Origin: a virus
Lineage: Duplodnaviria; Caudoviricetes
Strand: one strand, 5' to 3'
Virus record (IMG/VR): IMGVR_UViG_3300037506_000254
Span: 1 to 31,710 of that record
DNA: 31,710 nucleotides
Under the pieces are notes generated by a model. That model had not been told where the DNA came from. It saw nothing but the letters and a program-made list of their open reading frames with translations, and did not search any database. Both the position numbers and the translations under genes were made by a program. Positions within the stretch are counted from its first letter, which is position 1. Every line of letters begins with the position of its first letter. Shown piece by piece: positions 15,878 to 25,300 of the stretch.

Positions 15878-16473
15878 CGCTCGATGCCACCATCCGCGCA
15901 GTGCAGGCGAAGCTCGGCGTCACCGTGGACGGCAATCCCGGGCCGCAAACGTGGAATGCAATCTACCGCTCGCTTGTCGGCGAGCCTCCCGTTGCGTCTG
16001 CTCCGACGACGCTCGCCGATGAGCGCAGCGAGCGAACCATCGCCACGTTGCTCCCCCAGGTTCAGCCGCTCGCCCGCGCACTCATCGAGAGCGCCGCCGC
16101 CATCGGCATCGCCATCAAGATCATCAGCGGCACGCGCACGTTCGCCGAACAAGATGCGCTCTACGAACAAGGACGCACGAAGTCCGGGCGCATCGTGACC
16201 AACGCGCGCGGTGGCTACTCGAATCACAACTTCGGCATAGCGTTCGACATCGGCGTATTCGAGGGCGGTCGTTACCTCGACGAATCCCCGGCCTACAAAG
16301 CCGTGGGTGCGCTCGGCATGAAGCTCGGCCTCGAATGGGGCGGCAACTGGAAGACGATCCAGGACGAGCCGCACTTCCAATTCCGGCCCGCGTGGGCGCG
16401 CGAGAAGAGCGAGCGCGACATGCTCGCCGAGCTGCGCGCCCGCCGCGAGCGCGGCGAATCCGCGTTCGCATAA
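15874..16473 (+). CDS. Endolysin: peptidoglycan-binding domain + M15 (L-Ala-D-Glu-type) peptidase
   Basis: VQAKLGVTVDGNPGPQT; RTFAEQDALYEQGRT..G.IVTNARGGYSNHNFGIAFD; WGGNW...DEPHFQ; true ATG at 15874. Confidence 0.88.
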   Translation: MTLDATIRAVQAKLGVTVDGNPGPQTWNAIYRSLVGEPPVASAPTTLADERSERTIATLLPQVQPLARALIESAAAIGIAIKIISGTRTFAEQDALYEQGRTKSGRIVTNARGGYSNHNFGIAFDIGVFEGGRYLDESPAYKAVGALGMKLGLEWGGNWKTIQDEPHFQFRPAWAREKSERDMLAELRARRERGESAFA

Positions 16474-16479
16474 TCACGC

Positions 16480-16734
16480 ATGGCCGCTCCCGACTACACG
16501 ATTGGATTCACCCGCGCGGAAGTGGAAGAAATCCTCGCCGCGCAAAAGGCGGAGCTGAAACGCACGCTCGCGGCGTGGTCGGATTCCGGTTCGGCCATCA
16601 CGAAACGCCGCATCGACGAGATCCACGCCATCATCGCGGCGTGCCAAACGGCCCTGCGCAAACTCGCGCCGGAAATCTACGGCCGTCCCGTTCGTGTCGG
16701 CACGAGCGAGGTCATCGGCCACCTGCCCAAATGA
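16480..16734 (+). CDS. Putative head-tail adaptor (gpW-like position)
   Basis: 84-aa helix-beta-helix-like ORF immediately before the portal, as in lambda-type heads. Confidence 0.6.
   Translation: MAAPDYTIGFTRAEVEEILAAQKAELKRTLAAWSDSGSAITKRRIDEIHAIIAACQTALRKLAPEIYGRPVRVGTSEVIGHLPK
16688..16705 (+). repeat. Palindrome copy upstream of portal start
   Basis: CCGTTCGTGTCGGCACGA, identical to 13231-13248. Confidence 0.7.
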
Positions 16735-18182
16735 ATCCCCTGCGCTTGATTCTTACCCGGCTGCTGCCGACCGCGTGGATGTCGCCTTACGAATCGGCCA
16801 ATCCTTCGCCGCGCCGGGGCCGCGTGCCTGGTGCCGCTCCGCGCGATGCGAAGCTCGATCTGCTCCCAGGCGTGCGGCGCGAGCTGGTCCGGCGCTCGCG
16901 CTACCTCCACAAGAACTCCGGCTTCGTGCGCGAGTTGGTCGGCAACATGGCGATCTACGCCACGGGGGACGGCATCAAGCCGCAGGCGCTTTCTGGCAGC
17001 ACGGACTGGAACAAAGCCGCCGAGGAATACTTCGCGCGTTGGGCGGCGCGCTGCGAAATCACCGACCGTTTCTGCTTCGCCGAATGCCAGGCGCTCATCT
17101 GCCGCAGTATGGATGTGGACGGCGAATACTTCGTTCTCAAGGCGCGCAATCGGGACGGCGCGGTGCGGCTCCAACTCATCGAGTCGCACCGCATCGGCGA
17201 TTCGGATCGCGGCGACACGGAGGATGGCATCGGCTTCGACGAATACGGCGCGCCCGCGTTCTACCGCGTGCTCCTCGATGACGGCACTTTTGAAAACGTC
17301 CCGGCCCATCTGATCCTCCACGTCTTCGAGCCGGAGTATGCGAGTGCCGTGCGCCAGGCACCGACGTTGCAACACAGCGCGAATCATCTGCTCGATGAGA
17401 TGGAATTGCTTGCGCTCGAAAAGCACGCGGTCAAAGACAACGCGGACGTGGCGCGCGTGCTCAAGACCGAGCGCGGAGAGCTGGACGAGGACGGCGACTT
17501 CGCCATCGGCAACAAGAACGCCGGGACCGGTGAAGCAAGCGATCCGGGTGCGTTGCAGAAAATCGTCGGCGGCAAACTCGTCTCGCTCAAACCGGGCGAA
17601 TCGCTCGACAGCTTTCAACCAAACCGGCCCAGCCCGACGTTCACCGGCTTCCTCGAACACCTGCGCCGTGACTCCGCGCTCGGCCACATTCCGTTCGAGT
17701 TCGCGGCGGATTCGAGCAAGGTCGGCGGCGCGGGCGTGCGGCTCGTCGTGGCGAAGGCTGACCGCCGGTTTTCGTATCGGCAGCTCATTCTCATCGAGCG
17801 GTTCCTGAAACCCGTGTGGCTTTTCGTCATCGGCGACGCCATCGACTCGGGCCAGCTCGCCGCCGTCGAGAACTGGACGAAGGTTGCCTTCACCACCCCG
17901 CGCCGCATCACGGTCGATGCCGGGCGCGAGGCGCAGCAGAATCGCGCGGACGTGGAGATGGGCTTGAAGACCCTGAGCGAACATTTTGCCGAGCAAGGCA
18001 TGGACTTCGCCGAGGAAATGAACATCCGCGCGCAGAACGCCCGTGCGCTGCTCGACCTCGCGGAGAAATACGGCGTGCCGATCGAGATGCTGTGGAAGCC
18101 GAGCGGCGGCATCGCAGCCTCGCCGGTCGTTGGGGGAATCGAAGACCCACCGGCGGTGAGCGGCGTGCGGCAGCCGGGGTAA
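16731..18182 (+). CDS. Portal protein, lambda family
   Basis: RRSRYL.KNSGF, G.GIKPQ, DGEYF, LQLIESHRI, DGI.FDEYGAP..Y, L.PGE, P....VDAGRE; ATG 16731. Confidence 0.9.
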   Translation: MNPLRLILTRLLPTAWMSPYESANPSPRRGRVPGAAPRDAKLDLLPGVRRELVRRSRYLHKNSGFVRELVGNMAIYATGDGIKPQALSGSTDWNKAAEEYFARWAARCEITDRFCFAECQALICRSMDVDGEYFVLKARNRDGAVRLQLIESHRIGDSDRGDTEDGIGFDEYGAPAFYRVLLDDGTFENVPAHLILHVFEPEYASAVRQAPTLQHSANHLLDEMELLALEKHAVKDNADVARVLKTERGELDEDGDFAIGNKNAGTGEASDPGALQKIVGGKLVSLKPGESLDSFQPNRPSPTFTGFLEHLRRDSALGHIPFEFAADSSKVGGAGVRLVVAKADRRFSYRQLILIERFLKPVWLFVIGDAIDSGQLAAVENWTKVAFTTPRRITVDAGREAQQNRADVEMGLKTLSEHFAEQGMDFAEEMNIRAQNARALLDLAEKYGVPIEMLWKPSGGIAASPVVGGIEDPPAVSGVRQPG

Positions 18183-18195
18183 AACACGGCACCGC

Positions 18196-18243
18196 CCGTT
18201 CGTGCCGACACGAAGGCCGCGTTGACAGCGCCCGGCGGTCGTG
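18196..18243 (+). promoter_or_regulatory. Palindrome plus TTGAC-N14-GTG upstream of protease
   Basis: CCGTTCGTGCCGACACGAA (18196-18214), TTGACAGCGCCCGGCGGTC-GTG (18222-18243). Confidence 0.65.
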
Positions 18244-19062
18244 ACGCCACTCCTTCACGCCATTCATTACCAGCCCTGGCTCATCACGCCGGAGGCACAC
18301 GCTGCGATGCGCCGGGCCGCAGGCAGCGCCAGTCTTTTCACCGAGCTGCCCAAGCTGCCGCCGCTGCCGGAACTGCTGACCGTCGAGGGCGGCGTCGGCA
18401 TTGTGTCCATCATGGGCGTGCTGATGAAGCGCCCGGACTTCTTCGCTCGGCTGCTGCTCGGCGTGACGGACATGGAGGAAGTCGAAGCGGCACTCATCGC
18501 CGCGCGCGACCGCGAAGATGTGGAGGCCGTGTTTCTCGATGTGGATTCTCCCGGTGGCACGGTCAACGGCACGCCGGAGCTGGCCGCGCTCGTGGCCGAT
18601 GTGTCGAAGGCCAAATACACCTACGCTTTCACCGATGGGCAGATGTGTAGCGCGGCCTACTGGATCGCGTCGCAGGCGGACGCCATCTTCGCCAGCCCGA
18701 GCGCGCGCGTCGGCTCCATCGGCGTGCTGCTGCCGGTGCTCGATGAGAGCGAGGCATTCAAGCAAGCCGGTCTGAAGGTCGAGCTGTTTGCTGCCGGCAA
18801 ATTCAAGAGCATCGGCGTCGAGGGCACAACGCTCACCGACGAGCAGCGGGCGTGGATTCAGGCGCAGGTGGATGAGACGTATGGCGACTTCAAAGCCGCC
18901 GTGCTCGCCCGTGGCCGCCGCATCACACCCTATGTGATGGAGGGCCAGAGCTTCTCCGGGCGCAAGGCGTCCTACAATTCACTCACCTCGGGTGTCATGC
19001 CGAGTCGGGCGACCGCGCTGGCGAAGCTCCGCGAGCGGCATGTGAAGCAGGCGGCGAGTTGA
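18241..19062 (+). CDS. S49 family prohead protease
   Basis: LDVDSPGG, MCSAAYWIASQAD, VGSIGV, GKFKS. Confidence 0.92.
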   Translation: MTPLLHAIHYQPWLITPEAHAAMRRAAGSASLFTELPKLPPLPELLTVEGGVGIVSIMGVLMKRPDFFARLLLGVTDMEEVEAALIAARDREDVEAVFLDVDSPGGTVNGTPELAALVADVSKAKYTYAFTDGQMCSAAYWIASQADAIFASPSARVGSIGVLLPVLDESEAFKQAGLKVELFAAGKFKSIGVEGTTLTDEQRAWIQAQVDETYGDFKAAVLARGRRITPYVMEGQSFSGRKASYNSLTSGVMPSRATALAKLRERHVKQAAS

Positions 19063-19081
19063 CAGCGAAAGACGGGCACAG

Positions 19082-19624
19082 ATGAAAACCATTGACGAGC
19101 AACTCGAAGACGCCCTCGCACGGGTAACGCAACTGGAAACCGACGCCAAGGTCGGTTCCAGCCTCCTCAGCGAAGCGGCGAAAACCTCCCACGATCTCCG
19201 CGAGCAAGTCGCCACGCTGACCAGCGAGAAGGCAACGCTCGTGCAGGAAAAGGAAACCCTGACACTCACCAGCGGTGAACTGACCGAGCAGCGCGACCAG
19301 CTCGCGAGCGATCTCGCCACCGCGAAACAATCGCTCACTTCCGCCGCGACCGCCGCCGAGGAACTCACCAAGGCGAAGGAGCAAATCGCCACGCTTTCTG
19401 CCGAGGTCGAGAAGCTCAAGGGCGAAGCCAAGACCGCCGAGCGCATCGCAGCCGAACGCTACGGTGCCGCCAGCCCGAAGCCCCTGCCCGTCACGTCGCG
19501 CGGCGACGCCAAGGCGACCGAACTGGTCGCCAAGTTCAAGGCCATCACCGACCCGAAGGAACAGACCAAGTTCTGGCGCTCCCTCTCCACCGAACAACGC
19601 ACGCTCATCCTCAACGCTCAGTAA
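19082..19624 (+). CDS. Coiled-coil capsid scaffolding protein (putative)
   Basis: Long A/E/K/T heptad helix between protease and capsid genes; TTGAC at 19059. Confidence 0.7.
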   Translation: MKTIDEQLEDALARVTQLETDAKVGSSLLSEAAKTSHDLREQVATLTSEKATLVQEKETLTLTSGELTEQRDQLASDLATAKQSLTSAATAAEELTKAKEQIATLSAEVEKLKGEAKTAERIAAERYGAASPKPLPVTSRGDAKATELVAKFKAITDPKEQTKFWRSLSTEQRTLILNAQ

Positions 19625-19636
19625 CCGACCACTCCA

Positions 19637-20530
19637 ATGCCCAACACCATCACCAACGTCAAAGACATCAAGGTCGCGCAGAACGCTCTCCAGCCGTGGA
19701 TGGCCGGACTGCTCCCGTTGCGCGCCTTTTCCACGAACTTTTCGCCGGAGCCTGCCGACAAGCTCGACACCGTGCGGGTGCCCGTCGTGGGCGCGCCGTC
19801 CGCGTCGAGCGAATTCGCGGGCAGCTACACCAACAACGCGGACTCGACCGTGAGCGTGATCCCGGTGCAGCTCAACAAGCACAAGTTCAAGACGGTCCAC
19901 GTCACTGCCCGCGAGGCGAGCGAGACGGCGCTCAATGTCCTCGAAACGCTCGTCGCCAGCGCCGTGAAGCAGCTCGCGACCGACGTGCTCCAGGACATCT
20001 TCTCGGCCATCACCGCCGATCCCTACGGCGCACCGGCCATCGACCCGATCCTTGCCGCGAACTTCAACTACAAGAAGGTGCTCGCGGTGCGCGAAGCGTG
20101 CAGCACGGCGAAGATGCCCGTCACTGACCGTTCGCTTGTGCTCGACGGCGCGTATTTCACGCAACTTCTCGGCGACGACATCGTGGCCAAGAGCTTCATG
20201 CTGCCCATCGCACAGCCTGGCGTGGTCGAGGCGCAGATTCGTCGGCTGGGCGGCTTCGACATCTTCGAGACCGTCATCCTGCCGGAGAACGGCGAAAAGC
20301 TCGTCGGCTTCGCCGCGCACCCGAGCGGCCTCGCGGTCGCCATGCGCTACCTCGAACCCGTCGCCGAATACGACGAAGCCGGTGCCGTCACCGACCCGGA
20401 AACGGGCCTCACCTTCGGCTACCTGCGCTACACCGAGACGCAGAGCAACCGCATCTTCGTCACGGTCGAGTGCCTCTACGGCTGGAAGCAGGCCATCGCC
20501 GGCGGTATCAAGCGCATCGTGAAGCCGTAA
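19637..20530 (+). CDS. Major capsid protein (HK97-fold, inferred)
   Basis: Position after scaffold, 297 aa, DTVRVP, R.LVLD, I.RLGGFDIFE, terminal ECLYG; strongly biased codon use. Confidence 0.8.
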   Translation: MPNTITNVKDIKVAQNALQPWMAGLLPLRAFSTNFSPEPADKLDTVRVPVVGAPSASSEFAGSYTNNADSTVSVIPVQLNKHKFKTVHVTAREASETALNVLETLVASAVKQLATDVLQDIFSAITADPYGAPAIDPILAANFNYKKVLAVREACSTAKMPVTDRSLVLDGAYFTQLLGDDIVAKSFMLPIAQPGVVEAQIRRLGGFDIFETVILPENGEKLVGFAAHPSGLAVAMRYLEPVAEYDEAGAVTDPETGLTFGYLRYTETQSNRIFVTVECLYGWKQAIAGGIKRIVKP

Positions 20531-20560
20531 GGCGCACGGAACCTCATTCGGTGGTTGCGA

Positions 20561-20598
20561 GCCCCGCTGCTGGAAACGGCAGCGGGGTTTTCGTGTTT
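20561..20598 (+). terminator. Rho-independent terminator of the head operon
   Basis: GCCCCGCTGCTG-GAAA-CGGCAGCGGGGT followed by TTTCGTGTTT. Confidence 0.85.
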
Positions 20599-20601
20599 AT
20601 C

Positions 20602-20826
20602 TTACAGACGATGAAAAATGTCCGACCACTCGCAACCGAGCGCGTTCCTCAAATTCACCAGCACACCAATCGAAGGCCACCGCTGACCAGCCTCCAAACT
20701 TTGCAGGTATCGCGGACTGATCCCGATCTTCTCCGCCAGCCGCTCCTGAGTCATCCCGATGCCGGAACGAAGCCGAACCAGATTTCGGCTGAATTGCTTG
20801 AGATGTTTTGCGGGACGCCGGCGCAC
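20602..20826 (-). CDS. XRE-family HTH regulator
   Basis: NLVRLRSGIGMTQERLAEKIGISPRYLQSLEAGQRWPS. Confidence 0.85.
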   Translation of the reverse strand: MRRRPAKHLKQFSRNLVRLRSGIGMTQERLAEKIGISPRYLQSLEAGQRWPSIGVLVNLRNALGCEWSDIFHRL

Positions 20827-20984
20827 AGTTGCCCGGCAGTCTCAGAAGGGTGAGGAAATCGGACACGATCACTTGGTTCGTATTCCGCTTGCCCGCTTCC
20901 GCGCATCACGATAGGAGGCGCGTGCGTGTAAAATCCGCGCTGTGCGCGGAGCGCAATTTTCGCTAGTTCCAAACTTCATCAGCC

Positions 20985-21812
20985 ATGAAACACCGACTCT
21001 TATCCAAGGCTCTTTGCGTCTTCGCCGCCGTCGCAGTTGCGCGGGGACAAGCCGCCAAAGACACCGCTGAGAACATGACCAAACCTGCGGAACCCGCCGC
21101 CTTGCAACTGCAAGTGCTCAAGAGTTGGAAAATGGATTTGGGAAACCGAGCCATTTACTTGAACCGCGTAGTGCCGCCAGTCCTGCCAGAGCCTCCGGCA
21201 CCGCCGCCGCCGCCCACGGCTGATGAAATCGCCGCTGCGGAAGCTGCTGAACTGCGTGCGCGGCCGCAGAAGCGCCAGGAGGTGCTGTTTTTGTCTGCGA
21301 CGGTGTATGATCGAAGGGTCACAGAAGTTCGCTGGTTTGATGCAGGGAGCCAATTCCGAGCGTTCAGCAATATTGATTTCAACTACTTTTCCGGCGTCGG
21401 GGAGATTCAGACGCCGGAGGCGGATTACTGGCTCATCCTCGGCCTGGGAAACGAAACATCGGAAGAAGTGGAGGGCTTTAACCAATACGCGGCTGAACAA
21501 GGCTGGCCGAAGGAATTCTGGAAACAGATTCCGCCGATGGAGAATTTCAATCCCACACGATCCGAATATCTACTGGCGGCGAACCAGAAAGGAGAACCCA
21601 CTGAGCAACAGTTGGCGGCACTGGACGCACTCCATCGCTACTTCGATGAAAACAAGGCCCGCCTCGTCGATGAGTATTCTCGGAGGAAGGCAGCCAACGA
21701 AGAACGGGAGCGGTGGTTGAAGGAGCACCCACCTGTCCCAAAGGACACAGTCATTAACTTCTGGATGGAGGCCCCGAAATCAAAGTCTTCCGGAGAAGGG
21801 AGGACGAAATGA
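20985..21812 (+). CDS. Secreted hypothetical protein
   Basis: Signal peptide MKHRLLSKALCVFAAVAVARG, Pro-rich linker, LSATVYD...SNIDFNYF...LDALHRYFD...PKDTVINFW; I recall such proteins from Verrucomicrobia (unchecked). Confidence 0.8.
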   Translation: MKHRLLSKALCVFAAVAVARGQAAKDTAENMTKPAEPAALQLQVLKSWKMDLGNRAIYLNRVVPPVLPEPPAPPPPPTADEIAAAEAAELRARPQKRQEVLFLSATVYDRRVTEVRWFDAGSQFRAFSNIDFNYFSGVGEIQTPEADYWLILGLGNETSEEVEGFNQYAAEQGWPKEFWKQIPPMENFNPTRSEYLLAANQKGEPTEQQLAALDALHRYFDENKARLVDEYSRRKAANEERERWLKEHPPVPKDTVINFWMEAPKSKSSGEGRTK

Positions 21813-22312
21813 ATCGGGTGCTACTCACAGCCGCCTTCTTGCTGGCTTGCGCCTTTCATGGAAGCGCGCAGAACGCAAATGATACCAACGAGGGCAGCCG
21901 TCTCACTTACAATAGCGCCGCAGGGGCATACAGTTTCCAATGGTGGGGGCGGGCAGGGAAGAGCTACTTCGTCCAACAGACGGATGATCTTCTGACCAGT
22001 TGGATATATCTGCCGGTGGTGGCAACCGGTGCGGATGACGTTTTTGCCTTGGGCTTCACAACAAACAGCGAGAAGCTCTTTCTGCGGCTGGATGTGCTAT
22101 CCTACGATCCTTACACAACCGATAGCGATGGCGATGGAATGCCAGACGCTTACGAAGTGCTGAACTTCCTGAATCACAAGTCCAATGACGGGCTGCTCGA
22201 TCTCGACGGAGACGGCATCCCGAACCGTGAGGATGCGCGTCCGCATGACCAGAGCATTGGACGCTTGACCATCAGCATCACTACCCCTCTCGACGGAACT
22301 ATCGTCCCCTGA
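21809..22312 (+). CDS. Secreted protein with Ca-binding DxDxDG repeats
   Basis: Signal peptide; W.GRAGKSYFVQQTDDLL..W...LFLRL beta domain; DSDGDGMPDAYE and DLDGDGIPN.ED. Confidence 0.8.
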   Translation: MNRVLLTAAFLLACAFHGSAQNANDTNEGSRLTYNSAAGAYSFQWWGRAGKSYFVQQTDDLLTSWIYLPVVATGADDVFALGFTTNSEKLFLRLDVLSYDPYTTDSDGDGMPDAYEVLNFLNHKSNDGLLDLDGDGIPNREDARPHDQSIGRLTISITTPLDGTIVP

Positions 22313-22315
22313 CCC

Positions 22316-25300
22316 ATGACGTCTATCCTGCGCCTCCTGCTGGCGACTCTAACAGTAGCCAGTAGTTCCTTCGCCCAAACTCATCCCAACGCCGAGGCCA
22401 AGCGGTTCACCCGCGGAGTGCCGGGCGATTTGGCGGCTTTTCAGGCAAACGCCTCGCTTTACCAGTCAACAGTCATACCCGCCGATCAACAGCGGGGCAT
22501 TGCACTAAATGGCACAGGGAACAACGCGAGCCTGTATGGAAACGCACCGGAAAGCCAATTGCCGTGGTTTTGCCGAATTCAACGAACGCAGCGGTATCAC
22601 CTTACGGCGGATCTTTCAGGTGCCTTAGCCTACGCCGCTATTGAGAATCCGATCGCGGTCTTTGGCGAAAGCGGCGGTGCGACGCCGCTTTACATCAACC
22701 GAGACTACCGTTTTGGGGTCTTTGCAGGATTCCGGGATTACACAAACGCTGGCAACCCGCTGCGCGGAATGTTTCGGATTCGAGCGTATTCTACGGCAGC
22801 ACTGAGCAGCGGACAGACGAACGTCGCTCACGCCTACGAAACCACCTTTGAATTACCTTGGCCGGGCGATGCGAACTGGAACCAATTTCTTCTCGATGGT
22901 GGGCGAAAGGTGGTGGATTGGACCCAGACGGGGTTGAAGACGACGATCGAGATCGTGGGCGGGGCGGCGATGCTGGCTGATGCGGAGCAATGGAATACCT
23001 GGAACGATCCTTTCGTGGTCACGCACCGGGCGGCGAACAGCAGCTATTACTTCGTGGTCGAGTATCAAGGTTTCACGGTGGCAGGCGGAACCAATTATCC
23101 AATGGTCAGCAGCGTGCTGCCAGCTACGACCAGCACAGCTACTTACAGCCCACTCTATACGTTGGACTTCACGAGCCAGCCCCCCTGGCGCTCCACGTTT
23201 CTCCATGCTCCACAATTTGCTGGGGAGCCGGTGCCGTCGTGGTATTATGGCAAGTCGTTTGAGGAATTGCAGGCGGCGTGGATGTTTGTTCCGAGCACGC
23301 CCGGTGACGCGCTCAAAACTGCCACTACTGTAGATCACAGCGCCGAACTTCGCTCGCATCCGATCCTGAATGATTTTGTCACGAGCATGGGCTCCGATCC
23401 CATTGCTCTCGCCAATTACGTCTTCAACGAAATCGAACTGACCGATCCAATCTCCTACAATGAAGATGGTGGGATGGATGAGGCGTCGATCCACTGTGGT
23501 GGGCTCAATCGCAGTGCACTCGCCACGTTCCTCGAAAAGCAAGGCAATCCGTGGGAGCAATGTTCCCTGCTGGTTTATTTGCTGCGGAAGGCGAATGTCG
23601 CGGCTGTCTATTGCGAGCCTGAGAAGGACAAGCTGGGTATGCTGGACACGCAGTTGAGCAAGCTCCTGAGGATGCAGATCAAAGGAGCGAAGACTCCTGA
23701 TGGATCGGAGGACATGCCGCAGATCGTGCCGACGAATTATCCGTGGGTTTCGGCGTGGATTCCTAGCGAGGGGCGTTGGGTGCATCTCTTTCCTTGGCTC
23801 AAGGACACCGAGGTCAATGAGGGCGGCAATTTATATGACCAGTTTCCCTCGGGGACGAAGACAGGTGCCGCGTGGGTGCGAAAATATCTGCAAGCGGATA
23901 CGAGCATCCTCCCGGATCAGACAGGCGCTTACCAGCAGGATTCCGGCACCAACGGTCTAGTGGTGATCGAGGCTGAGGGCTACCACGAGCATGTCCCGAG
24001 GGGTGGGAAGCGGTGGGAACCATTGACGGAAAAAGATGAGAACGGGGTGGACAGCCCCGCCGGGTATTCCGGCACGGCTTGGGTGCGAGCCATGCCCAAT
24101 ACCGGCACCGCGCTGACCAGTTCCGGCTTCGCCAGCCAGTCGCCGCGCTTGGACTATCAAGTTGATTTCAACCGCAGCGGCACTCACTACGTCTGGCTTC
24201 GCGGACAGGGGGCCAACAGTAACGACAATACGGTTCATTTGGGTCTAAACGGTGCGAAGGTGAGCACCGCGTCGAACGCGGGAGGTTTCCATACTACATT
24301 CGGCTGGAGGAATCGCAATACGAGCAATGCCGTGCTCACGATCAACGTGCCTTCGGCAGGCCGTCATACGCTGAATGTGTGGATGCGGCAGGACGGTTTC
24401 CGGCTGGACAAGCTCGTGCTGAGCAGCAGCCCGGAAAGCTCGTTCACCCCCCTGCCGGATGGTGTGATTGCGTTGGAAGCAGAGTCTTTCACCGAAAATG
24501 TCGAAGGGGCGTGGTATTACGGGCCGGGTTCTCCCGCGCAGCAATTCATCCCTCGTTGGGAGGTCGTCGCAGGACAGGGGCTCATGCAGACTTCCTCGAT
24601 CGTCGGCAGCAATTCTGCGTCCGGGCCGGCCGCTCTGAAATACAATGTGGCGATCCCATCCAGCGCGACTTACACGGTGTGGCTCTACGGAAAAGCCGAC
24701 ACGGGCAGCAAGACTGCGGGTGTGTCGCTTGATGGAAATTCCGGCACAGCAACATTTACGACCACGCTGGCGTGGAAAAGCGCCGGGCAGATTGCTTCTG
24801 GTGCGGGGACGAAGGTTTTAAGCCTCAACCGTCAGGCGGATGGTGTTACGGTGGACAAAATCCTGCTCGTGCTGGATTCGGCCTACACACCTTCCGGGAC
24901 GGGGCTGGCGGCCACACCTCTCAGCAAGCAAAGCGCGGTGGAATCGAACGTCCCCTCGAATCTCTTCCCGCGTTACGCCCGGACGCAACTTGCTGCGTCG
25001 AACACGTCATTCGATGACCTTGGAATCAAATTCCGCGACCGGCGTTACTATCGGACGGCCTGGGACGACTTCCCGCGTCCCTTCAATCTGTATCCAGGCA
25101 GCCATGTGTTTTTTGAGAAGCTCGCGGATCGGGCGGATACTTTCGACACGGTGCGGGTGCAGTTGTGGAGCGACCGGAATAACAACGGAACTTACGAGTC
25201 TGGCGGTGACGGCCCAAAACTCGACACTGGGGATTGGTTGTCCACGGATTTGCATAACCGTCGTTTCTACACTGCCTGCCGCAAAACGCCGGCCAACGGC

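Larger units (their letters stand above)
237..20598. mobile_element. Prophage or phage-like element (boundaries uncertain)
   Basis: Complete lambda-type head module, lysis genes, early accessory arm; no integrase, att site or tail gene seen in window. Confidence 0.85.

Noticed and set aside
244-19096. Other TTGAC occurrences such as 244 and 19092
   Set aside because: Fall inside Ile-Asp codons with no start codon 14 nt downstream; not counted as motif copies
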